A stretch of 64,000 nucleotides of DNA. Source: Octopus bimaculoides. Lineage: Eukaryota. How positions within the stretch are numbered: the stretch's first letter is position 1; every line of letters begins with the position of its first letter. The DNA is taken from contig NC_068986.1 of the NCBI RefSeq assembly GCF_001194135.2, positions 91,137,382 through 91,201,381 on the forward strand. Direction: 5' to 3'. Positions 26,022 through 39,770 of this stretch are shown here, piece by piece. Position numbers and translations under genes: made by a program. Under the pieces are notes generated by a model. It saw nothing but the letters and a program-made list of their open reading frames with translations, searched no databases and was not told the DNA's origin.

Positions 26022-27431
26022 TGTATGCATATGTATGTATATATATAGTATGCCAATATGTATAGCTATATGTGTATGTATTTATATTCCTCTGAAATGA
26101 GGAGCAAAGGCAAAGACAGATTTGTTAAAAAAAGAAATTCATGCACCACATGTGATTAATAATTAATTCAATGAGCAGTCAGATGATGAAAACCTTTCCT
26201 ATCGATAAGGAAAAGAAACTAAAGAAGTCATAACGTTTTGCAAGGAGGTTGGGGGCATTTTTTTAATTTTATTTTTTCAAGTCTTACAATTTATATTTTA
26301 AAATATATAATAAATTGTTTACATTTTCTGCAAGGCAGTTTCAATTCCAAATTGAAACCAAATTCATTTGTACTCTAATGCCATTGAGCTTTGTAAGAGG
26401 TTTGGGTCTCACAGCTTCATTGTTACAACCCACCCTAGAACTATTTTCTTGTGCCTAAGATGTTATTATCAAAGAGAGATGGATTGGCAGTATTGGTAAT
26501 GTGAATGACTTGCTTTATTTGGTTGTATTCCATTACATTCTGAGTTCAAATCCCGGTGAGGTCAAATTTGTCTTTCCTCTTTCTGTGTTCAATAAAATTA
26601 ACACCAGTCATGTACTGGGGTCAGTTTAATCAACCTTGTTCCATCACATCAAAACCTGTGGCCATGTGCCAATATTTAAAATTATTATTTTTATTATTAT
26701 TATTATTGTTGAGTGTGGATTGGCAAAATTGTTAAAGCATCAGAAAAAATACTTGCAATATTTGTTCCAGCCCTCAAGTTCTGAGTTCAAATCCTGCCAA
26801 GGTCAACTTTGCCTTTCATCTCTCCAGGAATGATAAAATAAGAAATTACTCAGCCACAGTTTGTATATCAGACTTACCACCTTTCTTCAAACTGCTGGCC
26901 TTGCACCTCAATTAAACATCCTTATTTTCTTTGAAATAATAATTATTGTTACACCATCTTGAGCATGGGCGATGCCAGTACCGCCTGACTGGCCTTCATG
27001 CGGGTGACACGTAAAAGCACCCACTACACTCTGAGTGGTTGGTGTTAGGAAGGGCATCCAGCCATAGAAACTCTGCCAAATCAGATTGGAGCCTGGTGTA
27101 GCCATCTGGTTTCACTAGTCCTCAGTCAAATCGTCCAACCCATGCTAGCATGGAAAGCAGACGTTAAACGACGATGATGATGATGATGATCATTGTTAGG
27201 GCAGTAGATTGTCAGAATCAGTTGAACTTGGGAAGAAAATACTTTGCAATCCTTGTTCTGAGTCTTTTACATTCTCTATTCAAATCCTACCAAAATCAAC
27301 TTGGCCTTTTATCCATCTGGGACTGATACTTTATCCATAAAGTATCAGTCAAGTACTGGAGTTGATGGCATCAACTAACCTACACCTCTGGTCTTGTGTG
27401 AAAATTTTTAATAATAATAATGACATCAATA

Positions 27432-27525
27432 ATAGTTTCTATGTCATATAGTTATATAGTTACTATGTCATATAGTTATATAGTTACTATGTCATATAGT
27501 TATATAGTTTCTATGTCATATAGTT
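27432..27525. repeat. 24-bp minisatellite, about 4 copies (ctatgtcatatagttatatagtta)
   Basis: Period of 24 at 27439, 27463, 27487 and 27511. Confidence 0.95.
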
Positions 27526-28383
27526 GAGATAAGCTCATAGTGAACAGTCTACAGTTCTACTTTGGATCCCAACTGGAGCTACTTAATTAAAATATACTGG
27601 ATATCTGCTAAGAAATATTAGCTACCTTTGTAGATATAAGTATTTGGATTTATAGGGAAAAGATGAGAAAGTGTTACATTCATGCCTTTCTCAGAAGTAA
27701 TATTAGTAACCTACAAAGGCAGCGAGCTGGCAGAATTATTAGTACATGGTACAAAATGCTCAGCAGCATTTCTTTGAACTCTTTACATTCTGAGTTCAAA
27801 TCCTGCTGAGGTCAACTTTGCTTTTTATCCTTTCAAGGTCAATGAAATAAAATACCTGTCAAGTGGGATCAATGTAATTAACTAGCCCCTGTCTTGAAAT
27901 TTGATGGTCATGTGCCAAAATTAGAAAGAATATTGGTTGCCTACAAAGACAGGTGTAAGATTTTCAGTTTATAGAAAACAGGTCATAAGTTTCTGGAGGA
28001 CAACAGCAATGCAAGAAGTGAAATGACTAAATCCAAAATTAAAACATGATGGCTTTCATAGTTGAATTAATCAGAAATAATGATAAAAAAAATTAACCCT
28101 TTTTCTACCCCAAGATAAACTTCTATATGTTTATCATAAAAACCTCTCATTTTTTTTCATTTTTGTTTTCTCCCTCTCATTTGCATATTCCTTTCTCCAC
28201 TTCCTCCCTCAGTTTCTTACTTCCCTCTTTATTCCCTTCCTCTCTTAGGTATTTGTTTGAAATATCTTTATAAGAGTTTCTCTGAAACCATACATTACAC
28301 AACATACACCAGGTGCATCAATTGAATTGTTTGTTTAAACCTGGTTTGAAACAATGACTTGTTCTTTCAAATCAATGTTGAAT

Positions 28384-28465
28384 CCTGCTACGAAAAGTGA
28401 CCGTTGCAGGAAGACAGCATACTTTGTTCCTGCAACAGGTCGCCCATTGTGTTTGTGTAGCAAGG
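28384..28465. ncRNA. Candidate pri-miRNA-like or structured RNA hairpin
   Basis: Upper stem GUGACCGUUGCAGGA(AG)ACAG / UUGUUCCUGCAACAGGUCGC plus lower stem CCUGCUACGAAA / UUUGUGUAGCAAGG; no other copy seen in the window. Confidence 0.35.
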
Positions 28466-29782
28466 TTATCTCTCTTGTTTAAGGTCTTGGCTTGTTTAAC
28501 TTTCTCTAGCCTTTCTCTCTCTTATGCTCTCTCTCTCTCTCTCTCTCTCTCTCCCCCCTTCCCTTTTGTCTCACCCTTTGTGCTGATTGGTTTAACAATG
28601 CCAGAAATTCCTAGATGCACTCTTCTACACAATTACCTTGTTCTCAAAAGATATTTACCAGAAGAAAATATACTTTAAGCAATAGGGTACAAAATGTTCC
28701 CTTCTTCTGTAATTTTTCTTTTGGAAAGGTCTTTCAAAATCGGATTAAAACTGATGAAAGTATGGAAATTTTGAAGAAATATTGGGAAATTATATTTTTA
28801 GCCATTCTCTGTTAAATATTTCTTGATTTTTTTACAATATTATCTTCCAGTTTTAATCATTTATTAATTTTGCTGTTATCAAGATTATGCAATATTTTTC
28901 TGGTTATTGATTTTAACCAGTAAAATACTTAAAATATTGATTGCTTCAGATACTTGTCTATCACTTATGTATGTGAATATGTGTAATTATATTATGCATG
29001 TAAATGTGCACATAGACAAAGAGAAACAAGACATATATAGATAAACTAGTATCTGAAGAGATCAATATCAAATAGCAGGCAACAATGATTTTGTCTCTAT
29101 GAGAAGAAATACTACTAATTACAAAGTATTTTCTTCTTGCTTTGGTTGCTATGGTTTCAGTAAAACTTCATATTTTGTCCAGAGAGGTTCCTAGATCAAG
29201 CTATCTCTGTGTCCTCTGTGATAGTTTAATCTTCTCAGATCAAGGGGTTAATTGAATTATATATGAAATAACCTTTCGTTCAATTTCTTCATATATGTAT
29301 GTATATATAAAGGTATAGTTATGTGCTTAGTTAGAAACAAGTGTACATAGATAATCAGATATGTGTGCACAAATATTTAAGTGTACACCCATGTATGCAT
29401 TAAATAAGACAGCACTTAACTTCATCACAATGTTTGAATATTGCTTTATTTATGGAGTGCTTGTTATATATCTATGAAAACACACACACACACATCTATA
29501 AGCATATATCTCCATTCACACATTCCAGTATGAACTCACATGCAACCACATACTCAGAAACATAGACATAATGCAACCCGTTATAGGTTGATGCTGTCAA
29601 TAGAACTAATTTATTGCATTCCTAAATACTAATAGTGGCACCTTAACATGTTTTAAGCATCCCAGATGAATGAAAACTCTTTCAGAAATTTATCAGCCAA
29701 CCTCCAAACAATGCTGATAGTTTCCCATATTAATATGAAGCCTCAACTTCAGAAAGATTGCCATGTGTTGCTTCAACATTAA

Positions 29783-30043
29783 CCCATAAACTACTGGGAT
29801 TTTGCTGTATGTAACACGAACTGCTGAGCCTATTTTGGGTAAAGGTCAACATTGATCTATCACTCGAAAAAATACTCAGTGTTTCTTAACACCTTCTGTG
29901 ATTGACTACACTGTTTCATGGGTGAAAGGGTATCGTGTGCATACATTATACGTCATCAAAATTAGGTCACATCATGCCCTACTTCCATGGCCACGCACAT
30001 GGCCTGTTGTGTTTATGGGTTAATGCCTATCGCAGTTTATGGG
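29783..30043. mobile_element. piggyBac-type MITE with TTAA target sites and a duplicated right end
   Basis: TTAA|CCCATAAACTAC ... GCAGTTTATGGG|TTAA; a second right end TTTATGGG|TTAA at 30019-30023. Confidence 0.7.
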
Positions 30044-31315
30044 TTAATATTTTTCCAAAGACATTAATTAGCAATGTAATTGAAGTATTTCCAACTGAAT
30101 TGAAATAACTCCTAGACTGGGCTCAACAAATCTGCCCCTGTATTATAACAACTGGATTTTACATGACAAAGTAGAGTATATAGTCAACTGAATCAACTGC
30201 AGTGTATAACTTGTATGTATTTTACTGGTATCTGATATAACAGACTAGATCCTACTAAAGGTTCACCTGTTCTTAGTAATACCGATTTGTAGGAAAGACA
30301 GTGTGATGAACTAGACCATATCTAGTATATTACTGGTACTTATTGTATTAATTTTGACTAGAACAATAAGAATAATAGTTTCTTACTTTGGAACATGGTT
30401 GAACTGATTCTCTTCTCTAATACATATCTGTGTTATAATATAGACACTGGATAGATGAAGGGCAAAGTAAACTTCAGTAGGGTTTGAATTTAGAACTCAA
30501 GATGGATCTAAATTTTGTAAAGCATTTAGTCTGGTGCTCCACTGTTGTAAATAATAATATCTACAGGCATTTTTTTTTTTTTGTTTTTGTTTTGAAATAC
30601 CTTACAAACATCAAAATAAGTTATGTACTCTCTAAACTGGGATTTTCAAGCTGCATTTGAAGCAGCTGTGTCACTTATTTCAATAAATAATTACTGTAGC
30701 ATATTTCCTATTTAAAATATTTAAATAGGATGATGTCTGACATTATCCCCTACCAGTAGTGTCCTCTTGCATTATCACCTACCAGTAGTGTCCTCCTACT
30801 CCAATCTATGATGAAATCCTCAGTTCAAAAAGCCACTACTTTTGATTAACCTGTATCGAAATGTAAAATATCTATTGATGAAAAACTTATTTAAAAAAAA
30901 AAAAGAAAAATTAATTCCTATAAACTCTACTAATCAAATTTTAATTGACTAAGCTTGCTTCATTCATCAAATTAATTTTTATTTTTTTATTATCCTAAAA
31001 TGAAATTAAGTTGAGGCTGTTGAAATCTCACAATTTATTTTCTCCCTACAAAGCTTGAACGCAGTAAAGAGAAGCTTTCCTTCACATTCCCCTCTCTGTG
31101 GGAATAATTATCAGATATTAATGACAGGAATGTGATGCATAAGCAAATCCAAGGACCTTTCCACCTTTGGTAATGTGACTGCTTATTATAATTAGAGTTA
31201 ATTATAATAGTATCATTCTAAACTGAAATTGAGACTAATTAACATTAAAGTCATCATCTGTTCTAATAAAAATATTCATTTTTGTTTTTTGTTTTTTGGG
31301 GGGATTATTTTTTTT

Positions 31316-31363
<48 letters not shown>

Positions 31364-34300
31364 GTTGCATTTAGATGTGTGCGTGTGTGTATGAGTTTTC
31401 CTTCATTAATTAACTTTAAAATTTTTAATTGTAATTCCTTCATTTGTCTTTCTGTTAACTAATACCATGTTGTTGTTGTTCAAAAGGTCAATAAATATTA
31501 ACCAAAATTAAAAGCATAAAAGTGACATCTTCTGCTTAATTTATTTTAACCCACCAATTATTTCTTTTGATTTCATATATTAATTTTGAACTGTTTCTGT
31601 GAGTTATTTTATCCAATTCTGTTGTTTAACCATGGACTGTTCAGGTAGATTGTCGGAAGCAATCAAGTGAAATTCTACTTTTGCATAAGGCAAGAGATAG
31701 AGTCCATTTCTGGTGGCATGGCAAGAGATGTTGCAGGAGTGAAGCAGCACAAAATTACCTCTGGTTTATAATGCTTGTTAATGAAGGTGGGAAGGGTGAT
31801 GCTGAGGATCCTTGCTATGAAACTATTTTGTTACTTTAAGAACATGTATCTTTTTTTTTTTTTTTGGCCTAATGAGATGTTTTTTAAAATTATTTATTCT
31901 GTAAAGTAAAAGCAGTATCCATATGACTCATGGAAACAATCTTCAAACTAGGGATCTAGCCTGAATACTTACAATAGGGTGGGGTCTGCTAAAGGCACCA
32001 AAGAGTAGATATGTAAATAAGTGATTTCAGGCCAAAAGGTGTAGTAGACTATTTTAATGAAGTGTGATACTGTATGCCTGTTAAACTAGAATGGTGAATG
32101 TAAGAGGATCAAGGGAAACTGGAAAGGAAGAGACAAAAAAATGGTTTCCACCTTACTTGCTAACTAAAACTGGATTTTCATTTAAGCATGCAAATTGTAC
32201 TTTTTGGTGAAATTAATTCTTAATTGCATGAAATTATCTTCAGCTTGTCTTTGAAAGTTACAATTACTACTAGGTTTATTTTCTTTCTCCAAGTATGATG
32301 CATATTTTAACTGAGAATTTTGTGTGTGTGATCCAGTATATCATCCCCACTTGATGTACCTAAATTCATGCTACTGATCTGCTTCATTTATTCCCCTTAT
32401 ATCTTTTAACATCAAGTGCTAATGGCACCAAACCTTTTAAACCCTTTTTTCCTACTTGTAGAATCATTGTTGGTTGATCAAACAGATTCAAGTTTATCTA
32501 TATTTTAAGAACAAGACCAAATAAAGTCAAAAAACAGATTTTCTCTTCAGCCTGTAGATTAAAATTTTTGTAAAAGTAATTAATTTCTACAACTGTTTCC
32601 TTTCCTTTGAGAGTTACTAACAATCGCTTAAAAGTTTTTGTTTTCTTTTTCCAACTAATAGGCAAATTTGAATTGAGAATTTTTTGCATGTGTAATGTAA
32701 TACATCTCCATAGTCATAGCATGTCAAATATCACTAATTAACTTGGGGCAAAATTTGAGTACAAAGGGAATTAGAAGAAAGCAGTCAGATGTATAAAAAG
32801 TCATTAGCTAATGTATATTGTAAGGAAGACGACTTTAGATAGGTATGTGAATGAAAATAGCAATTTGGATTTATAAAAATGCAGGTTTGTTGTTTAGGCT
32901 CAGGTCAGTCTATCTTGATTCGCAAACATCATCGTCATTTAACATATATCTTCCATACCAGCATTGGCTGATGATTTGACATGATCCAAGCCAGAAAACT
33001 GCATCAAGCTCCAATGTCTATTTTGGCATGGTTGCTATAGTTGGATGCCCTTCTCTAACTCCAAGCACTTAGAGTATACCGAGTACTTTATTCAGTGGCT
33101 GGCACTGATGAGATAACTAAGTAACATACTAGATATGCACCCTCAATTGAGTGGAGGGGCATTAGAGAGGTAGGTGGCTTTATGCCAGGTGTTGAGAGGA
33201 CAGAACAGGTGTTTTGCTGTAGCAGAGATACATGCCTACCCCAGCTGGAAAGAGGAAGAAGTAGTGGTGACAAAGTGTCAGGGCATACCTTCAAGGTACA
33301 AGAAGGTGAATATAAGAGAGAGTAAGAACAGACGATTAGGAAGGGTGAGAATGTGAAAGGAGTGACAGATGGGGATAGAGGTGAACAAGGGTGGAGGTAT
33401 GGTTGATGGTGAATAGGAGTGGATCAAGGAGGAAGAGGTCTCAAAATGGAGAACAGCGATATTGTAGTATTAAAGATTTGGTATGGCAGTCATACGGTGT
33501 AACTTCAAGGAAGGAGATGTTCAGTTGAAAAAAATAAAATGGTAAAGGATGATATTGAGAATTCAGGACAGGTTGAATGAGAAAAGAAATGATTCCAAGG
33601 AGAGAGATGAATGCTAGTACAAGAGGGAATGGAATTACATCAGTTCTACTCTAATTATGGCAGCTGAGTGAGTAGTGATGTAGTAAGAATGTTGACAGAA
33701 AAATGTATTAGTCATGATTCTTTTTTTTTGTAAATCTTTCAGGCATAATAATTCTGTCTACATTATCTAATGTGCTTTTAAGATAGTTTGCAGTGATTTG
33801 AAAGAGATTTGGCTGTTAGTTCTAGCAAGTCAACTGACCAGGAGGAGGCTCACTTACTGGCTTTAATTGAGATAAGTAATGTGAGAAAACTATTAGTAGC
33901 AGGTTGAAATATTAAATAGCGCCTCTCTCTGTGTTCTGTAGCTCCATGCATTGTTATTAGGTTTTTTTTTTCAGGCATAGTCTATCCTGGACAAAAGTAA
34001 TGTGTTTTCCCTTTTTAAGACAACTAGTGCAATTCAAAGGAGATTTAGTTACTATTTCTAGCAATTCAAATGACTAAGTTTAAATTCCCTCATTGTTGTA
34101 AACAAAAGACTTGAAATGTAATGGTTAGATCAAACCTGAAGATGGAGTTAATAGATGAAGTGAAACAGAATTGACACTTTTGTAAACCTGATCAAACCAC
34201 TGCACCAGGAAAGAAAATAACCCCATATTTACTTGTATTCATTATATGAGGAATTTGATACAAAACACCAAGGTCAAAATTGAAGGTGTGCAATATATTG

Positions 34301-35852
34301 TGACAGAAAAATAAAGATAAATTATATTAATAATTGTTAGATAGAAAATAGGGGCTTATATTATATTCAAGAATACAATGTACATGAGTAAATGAAAATC
34401 AAAAGGATGTTAATGATTGTCACTCATTAGAGCTGTTAAATATAATGAACAAGGCAAAAACAAGAGATAACAAAATTTATTTATTTTTAATGGGATTACA
34501 TAAGTGTTTCTTTGTCAGAATCTTTACAGTTAAAAAAAAAAAAAGAAAACTGAAAAAGGAAAACTTGACACTCTTTGTATAAACATTTCGTTTGAATTAC
34601 GTTCAAGACACTTTTGGCAAATGAGAAGGATTGGCTGAGAATTTTACAGGTTTTATATTTTAAAATCAAATGCAGTGGGATGTGAACTTTTGATTTTTAA
34701 TCCAGTGTAATATCAAGGTCAAGAAAGGAAGTTTCCCCAATCTACTGTATTCAAACAACAAATTCAAAGTGGTTCCAATATGTACAAACTCAAATATTGG
34801 TACCAAATATAATTTTGAACTTCTGGAAATGTAATGATGGAGTAATTTATCCCATGTTCTATTTAAATTTTCCTAATCCATTCATGAATTGGAACTTAAC
34901 TAGGTAAGCCTCATTTAACTAGAAATGAAGGTCAGTGAGTGTGTATGCATGCAGGTGTAAGAGAGACAATTATATGGATTCTGGCCTAGTTGTGGGGTCA
35001 AACAGTTCACTTCACAACCATGTTTTATCAAACTTAACGCCCAAAGTGATGCGCACTTCAGGCAAGTGTATTTTACCATAATTTGGGGTTCACTGATAAT
35101 TTCAGAGACAAATTTGCTTAATAGAAACTGTGTGGAAGCCCATTGTGTACAGGTATGTATGTATATATAAATATATACAATTTACTGGTGAAAATTTTTC
35201 AGTAGATATTTTAAATGAATTCCATATGAAAATTTACAGTTTGTATGTCCAAATGAGAAGTTTACAAATGTGCCCGACTATCCAATAATAGGATGTTTAT
35301 ATCCTGTCAGGAGTACTGCATGAGGTCTAGAACTAAGACATTTATCCCATTCAATCCTACTTATGTGAATAGGTATCATGATGTGGTACTCCTTGCTACA
35401 AATGACAGCAACACTGTATATTGATTGAGGTGGTCTGTATTAGGATCAATTAATCAACAGGTAAGTTTAATGAATGTGACAATTGCAGAATCTAATATTT
35501 TGGGATTTGCTTTCTATTTGAGTATGAAGAACAATGAGAGTTTTGTCAGATTGAAATACTGAGTTCCAAATCTCTCATGAAGATCCTTACAGAGTCCCAG
35601 GCTACAGAGAGAGAAGCAAAACCCTTTAAATAATGACTGAATTATGTATGTGAACTTTAACTATGTATGTAAGATAGTGTATGTTTGTATATTATTAACC
35701 ACATCATGAAGACTGGGTCTTTGGATTCATTTGTGCCACATTTCTGGCAACAGCTGCTAGATTTCACTCACATCCAAGACTTGCCTTTAAATGCAGTTAA
35801 AAGCCTTGAAAGATAAAAGCTTTTAGCTATTTCTTTTGTGCCAGAATAAGAG

Positions 35853-36067
35853 TACAGTAATCCTTCGCCATATCACGGTTTATTATTTAAGCTTATGTTG
35901 ATTCTTCCATGGTGTTGTTTTGCATTTATAATAAAATAAATATATACAAATTAGAAAAATAATTTTAAAAAATATACAGTACAGTACTGTTTCTACTTTT
36001 CAGATTTTCAAATATCATGGGGGGGCTTTTGAAATGTAACACCTGTGATAGTCATGGGATTACTGTA
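35853..36067. mobile_element. Tc1/pogo-type MITE with TA target site
   Basis: TACAGTAATCCTTCGCCATATCAC ... GTGATAGTCATGGGATTACTGTA imperfect terminal inverted repeats. Confidence 0.7.
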
Positions 36068-36668
36068 TTTTAGTTACCAGCTTTTGTGTATGTGTAAGTA
36101 ATGTACCTCAGTCAACAGGGTTACAAAGGTACCTTTGATCATTTCATCATAATATAATAGCGATTCAAGAAAGAATACACTGCTAGAAATAGCAACCAAA
36201 CTTCCCTCAAATAATACCCTAATATCATTTTTAAAACAAACATGGGACATATTAGATAATTAAGTCTTAGATACACCATGTGAATAAAAGATGGAACAGT
36301 CAAAGTTTGAATGCCTTTGATCATTGCTAATGTGGGCCAAAATATCAACATAGCAAGGAAGTAGACTAGGTCAGAGGAAGTTCAGGTTTTTTTTTCCCCC
36401 TTATCAAAAGAGACCCTGCAGAACTGATGTTAAGATATGAACTTCTAACCAGTAGCCTGGCATTTTACAAAATCAAAATAATTTGTGAGAGTATTGGAAT
36501 GAATAAGATAGAGTGTGTCTGAGGGAAAGAATAACTCTATGCATTCGTATGTCTAAGTGTGACTGGTTGTTTATGTAGAGAAAATAAGACTGAAAGAGTA
36601 TAACAGGTAAGTATGTGTGAGACAGATACGGTAACCAATGCTGCAGAATATATACATGTAAACAGATC

Positions 36669-36683
36669 TTTATTAAATTTATT
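36669..36683 (-). terminator. Tandem AATAAA poly(A) signals of SELENON
   Basis: Plus-strand tttatt at 36669-36674 and 36678-36683, about 115 nt beyond the SECIS. Confidence 0.6.
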
Positions 36684-36796
36684 TTAACTAGTTCAATATA
36701 AAACTTTGCAACAGTAAAAAAATTAACCTCAATCTTCTATTGAAGATGTACCTAAATATATAGCTAAGAGTTTGTTTCTCTTTCTCAGTTCAGTTG

Positions 36797-36894
36797 TGCA
36801 CATCCAGTATGTACCCAGATTTCAGCATCAGGCACAAACTTACCATTTAAGGTTTTACATTGGTGCCATCATTCAGGTATCAACTGAGTGTGCA
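36797..36894 (-). promoter_or_regulatory. SECIS element (type 2) in the SELENON 3' UTR
   Basis: Minus strand reads ...UACCUGA AUGAU GGCACCAAUGU AAAA CCUUAAAUGGU AAGUUUGUGCC UGAUG CUGAAA UCUGGGUA...: AUGA/UGA core, GGCAC/GUGCC helix II, apical AA 11-12 nt above the core, and a lower helix extending to UGCACA/UGUGCA. Confidence 0.92.
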
Positions 36895-37059
36895 TAACTA
36901 AATGTGTGCAGGTTTGGAAGAAATTTAACAAGTCATATCACAGAACTTGCTTTAGTTCTTAGCTGAATTCTATATAAAAATATATATTTCATATAATTAA
37001 AATAATAATGATATAAACATAACATAAATTTGTTAATCTGCAATTCCCGACTTTACAGG

Positions 37060-37150
37060 TTATAGGTTTGGTCTCGTACGGTACTTTAAACTACTTTGAA
37101 AACCTGTCTTCAAGAAATTTAAGTAAGCCACGGAGGTTGGGTTTTGAAAC
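37060..37150 (-). CDS. SELENON: Selenoprotein N exon 8, last coding exon (GFQNPTSVAYLNFLKTGFQSSLKYRTRPNL*)
   Basis: Long pyrimidine tract then ctctag| acceptor; phase 2 fits; FQNPTSVAYLNFLKTG resembles FEDPSTATYMQFLKEG; TAA at 37062-37060. Confidence 0.93.
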
Positions 37151-37867
37151 CTAGAGATAAAGAAAGAAAGATAAATTACTTAATAGTTATGTTTCCATAC
37201 AATTTCCTCATAGTTAAAAAATTACAATATAATGTAAATGAATCACAAACTGTTAATGAATTTAAATACATACATATATATGTAAAGATGGATGTATAAT
37301 GACTGAATTACAATTTCCTCACAGAATTTACTACATACACTCACACACACATTATTATTTGAAAGATTTTGTCCTTCTGTTGTCAAGAACTTGGTTGAGT
37401 ACATCAAAGACGTTTTGAGCTAAACATTTTAAGCAACAAATAGCAGTTCTGATTTCCATGGTTACATCAGATAGCAGTATAAAAGAAATTTTTCTTGAAA
37501 TATCTAACTGCAACCTAAAATCTATATTATCACTAAAACTACATCTCAAAGACTTTTTTCATTGTTAGTTAATAAGACCCCCATTGCATATTTATTTTAT
37601 TTTACAATAGNNNNNNNNNNNNNNNNNNNNNNNNNNNNNNNNNNNNNNNNNNNNNNNNNNNNNNNNNNNNNNNNNNNNNNNNNNNNNNNNNNNNNNNNNN
37701 NNNNNNNNNNNNNNNNNNNNNNNNNNNNNNNNNNNNNNNNNNNNNNNNNNNNNNNNNNNNNNNNNNNNAAGGGCTTCATTTGTAAGGAATTTTGTTTGTT
37801 TTTTTTTTGCTTCGCTTTCTCTCTGACATTTTATCTTTTGCTGACATTCATCAGTGAAAGATATACC

Positions 37868-37902
<35 letters not shown>

Positions 37903-38094
37903 TCCGAGTTCCTATTCTTACCTACCAAATTCTACTCACAAGCGTTACCCAACAGAGAGTGTAGCCTGAAGATAAGAGTGTTTCACTAGATTGAGTTGCT
38001 ACTTCTCCACATTGAGAGGTCACACCTTTGGTACTACAGACACATGGTTAGAATGCTGCAGAAAAGAATCACAAAATAAATTCTTGAAACCAGG

Positions 38095-38159
38095 AGACCA
38101 TGACCAAAATAGTTGGGCACTACATGGTGTAGACCATGACCAAGATAGTTGGGCACTAC
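38095..38159. repeat. 36-bp tandem duplication
   Basis: agaccatgaccaa.atagttgggcactac at 38095 and 38131. Confidence 0.9.
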
Positions 38160-39376
38160 TTAAATATAGAGGTCCTGAACAGTGCACACTGGTTAGGGTT
38201 ACCTTTCCTTTATATCATTACGTAGATGCGTCAGGGCCTCTGTATTTAAGTAGTACCATTAGCTGGATAATATCCCTGGTCTCGGTTGTGTGGGAATCCA
38301 GTAAGAAAGTTTAATAATGGTTGCTTCTGATAAGATTCTGTGGAGGAAGTGCCTGATGGCTCAACCTCCACAACCTTCCTAGGGATAGTGGAGAGTGAAA
38401 ATGGATGAATGGTAACACTGACAAACACAAGACTATAGTTACCCAAGGTGTTATGCATACAATTGATTTCCAAAACTACATGTCATGAAGCAAACTTCTT
38501 AACCATACCAGAAAGAAACAAAGGCAGTTTTTGAACTCAGTATGAGATGGGATATAAGAAAAACTGAAAAACATTTTGTTCAGCAACCTACTAATTCTGC
38601 TGTCCACCACTGGCGATTACATTAACTGTGAGTTCTAAGATAGATATAAAGCCATTGCTTTTAATAATAATTATTATTTCTTTCATAGAACCAAAGCTTC
38701 AGATTTAAAGGGAAAGAACAGAGCCAATTATATCTACTCTAGTATTGAATAGATACTTAATTCCAGAAGAATGAAAACCACAAGACAAAGCTGGCTCCAA
38801 TGGGATTTAAACACAACATAAAATTGTGTAGCTAAATACTGCAAAGCACTGTATTTGATGACATAGGAGAGGCACTTTTCTCTCAAAAGAAATATCTATA
38901 AAAAAAAAACCCCATCCCAGATCCTATTTGCAAAGTTTTACCTATATTACATACTTTAATATACTAAAAACTCGTTTCCTGCATATGTGCTGCTGAAATT
39001 GGGATGCATCTAATATACCTGTGCATCTTTTAAGCTATCAAATGTGGTATCCTTTGTGACACATAACTGATCAAGTCAAACATTGCTCCTTATAATAATG
39101 TCTAACACTGCCACTGCCTCTAATAATCATAATAACTATTTCATTTGTCACAAGGGTAATGGTAAGAGGATAAGGACAAAGCACAAAGATGGTGGTGGTT
39201 ACACAGAATAATGAATAACAGAAAAGAAACATGGAAAACAACAGTATACAAAAAGGAATGAAATTGGATGTTTGAATAGGGGATAGCTCCTTGGGGACAA
39301 CCTGCAAACCCAACAGATCTGAGATTACCCTAACTGCCAAGGACAATTGCTCTTTCCCTACTATGTAATCCAATTT

Positions 39377-39770
39377 TGTGGAGGTGCAATGGCCCAGTGG
39401 CTTGGGCAGTGGACTCACGGTCATAGGATTGCGGTTTCGATTCCCAGATCGGGCGTTGTGAGTGTTTATTGAGTGAAAACACCTAAAGCTCCACGAGGCT
39501 CCAGCAAGGGGTGGTGGCGAACCCTGATGTACTCTTCACCACAACTTTCTCTCACTCTTTCTTCCTGTTTCTGTTGTCTGTAATTCAAAGGGACAGCCTT
39601 GTCACACTGTGTCACGCTGAATATCTCCAAGAACTATGTTAAGGGTACACGTGTCTGTGGAGTGCTCAGCCACTTGCATGTTAATTTCATGAGCAGGCTG
39701 TTCCGTTGATCGGATCAACTGGAACCCTCGATGCCATAAGCGACGGAGTGCCAACAACAACAACAACAAC
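39377..39770 (+). mobile_element. tRNA-derived SINE with (CAA)n tail and a 10-bp TSD; second copy at 48435-48803
   Basis: A/B-box-like head (ggcccagtgg, ggtttcgattccc); TSD aatccaattt at 39367-39376 and 39771-39780; strong similarity to the 48435 copy. Confidence 0.88.

Noticed and set aside
31645-31839. Open frame of about 64 codons after ttcag (VDCRKQSSEILL...)
   Set aside because: Weak acceptor, no recognisable homology and no partner exons; the C2 gene already terminates at 23249.
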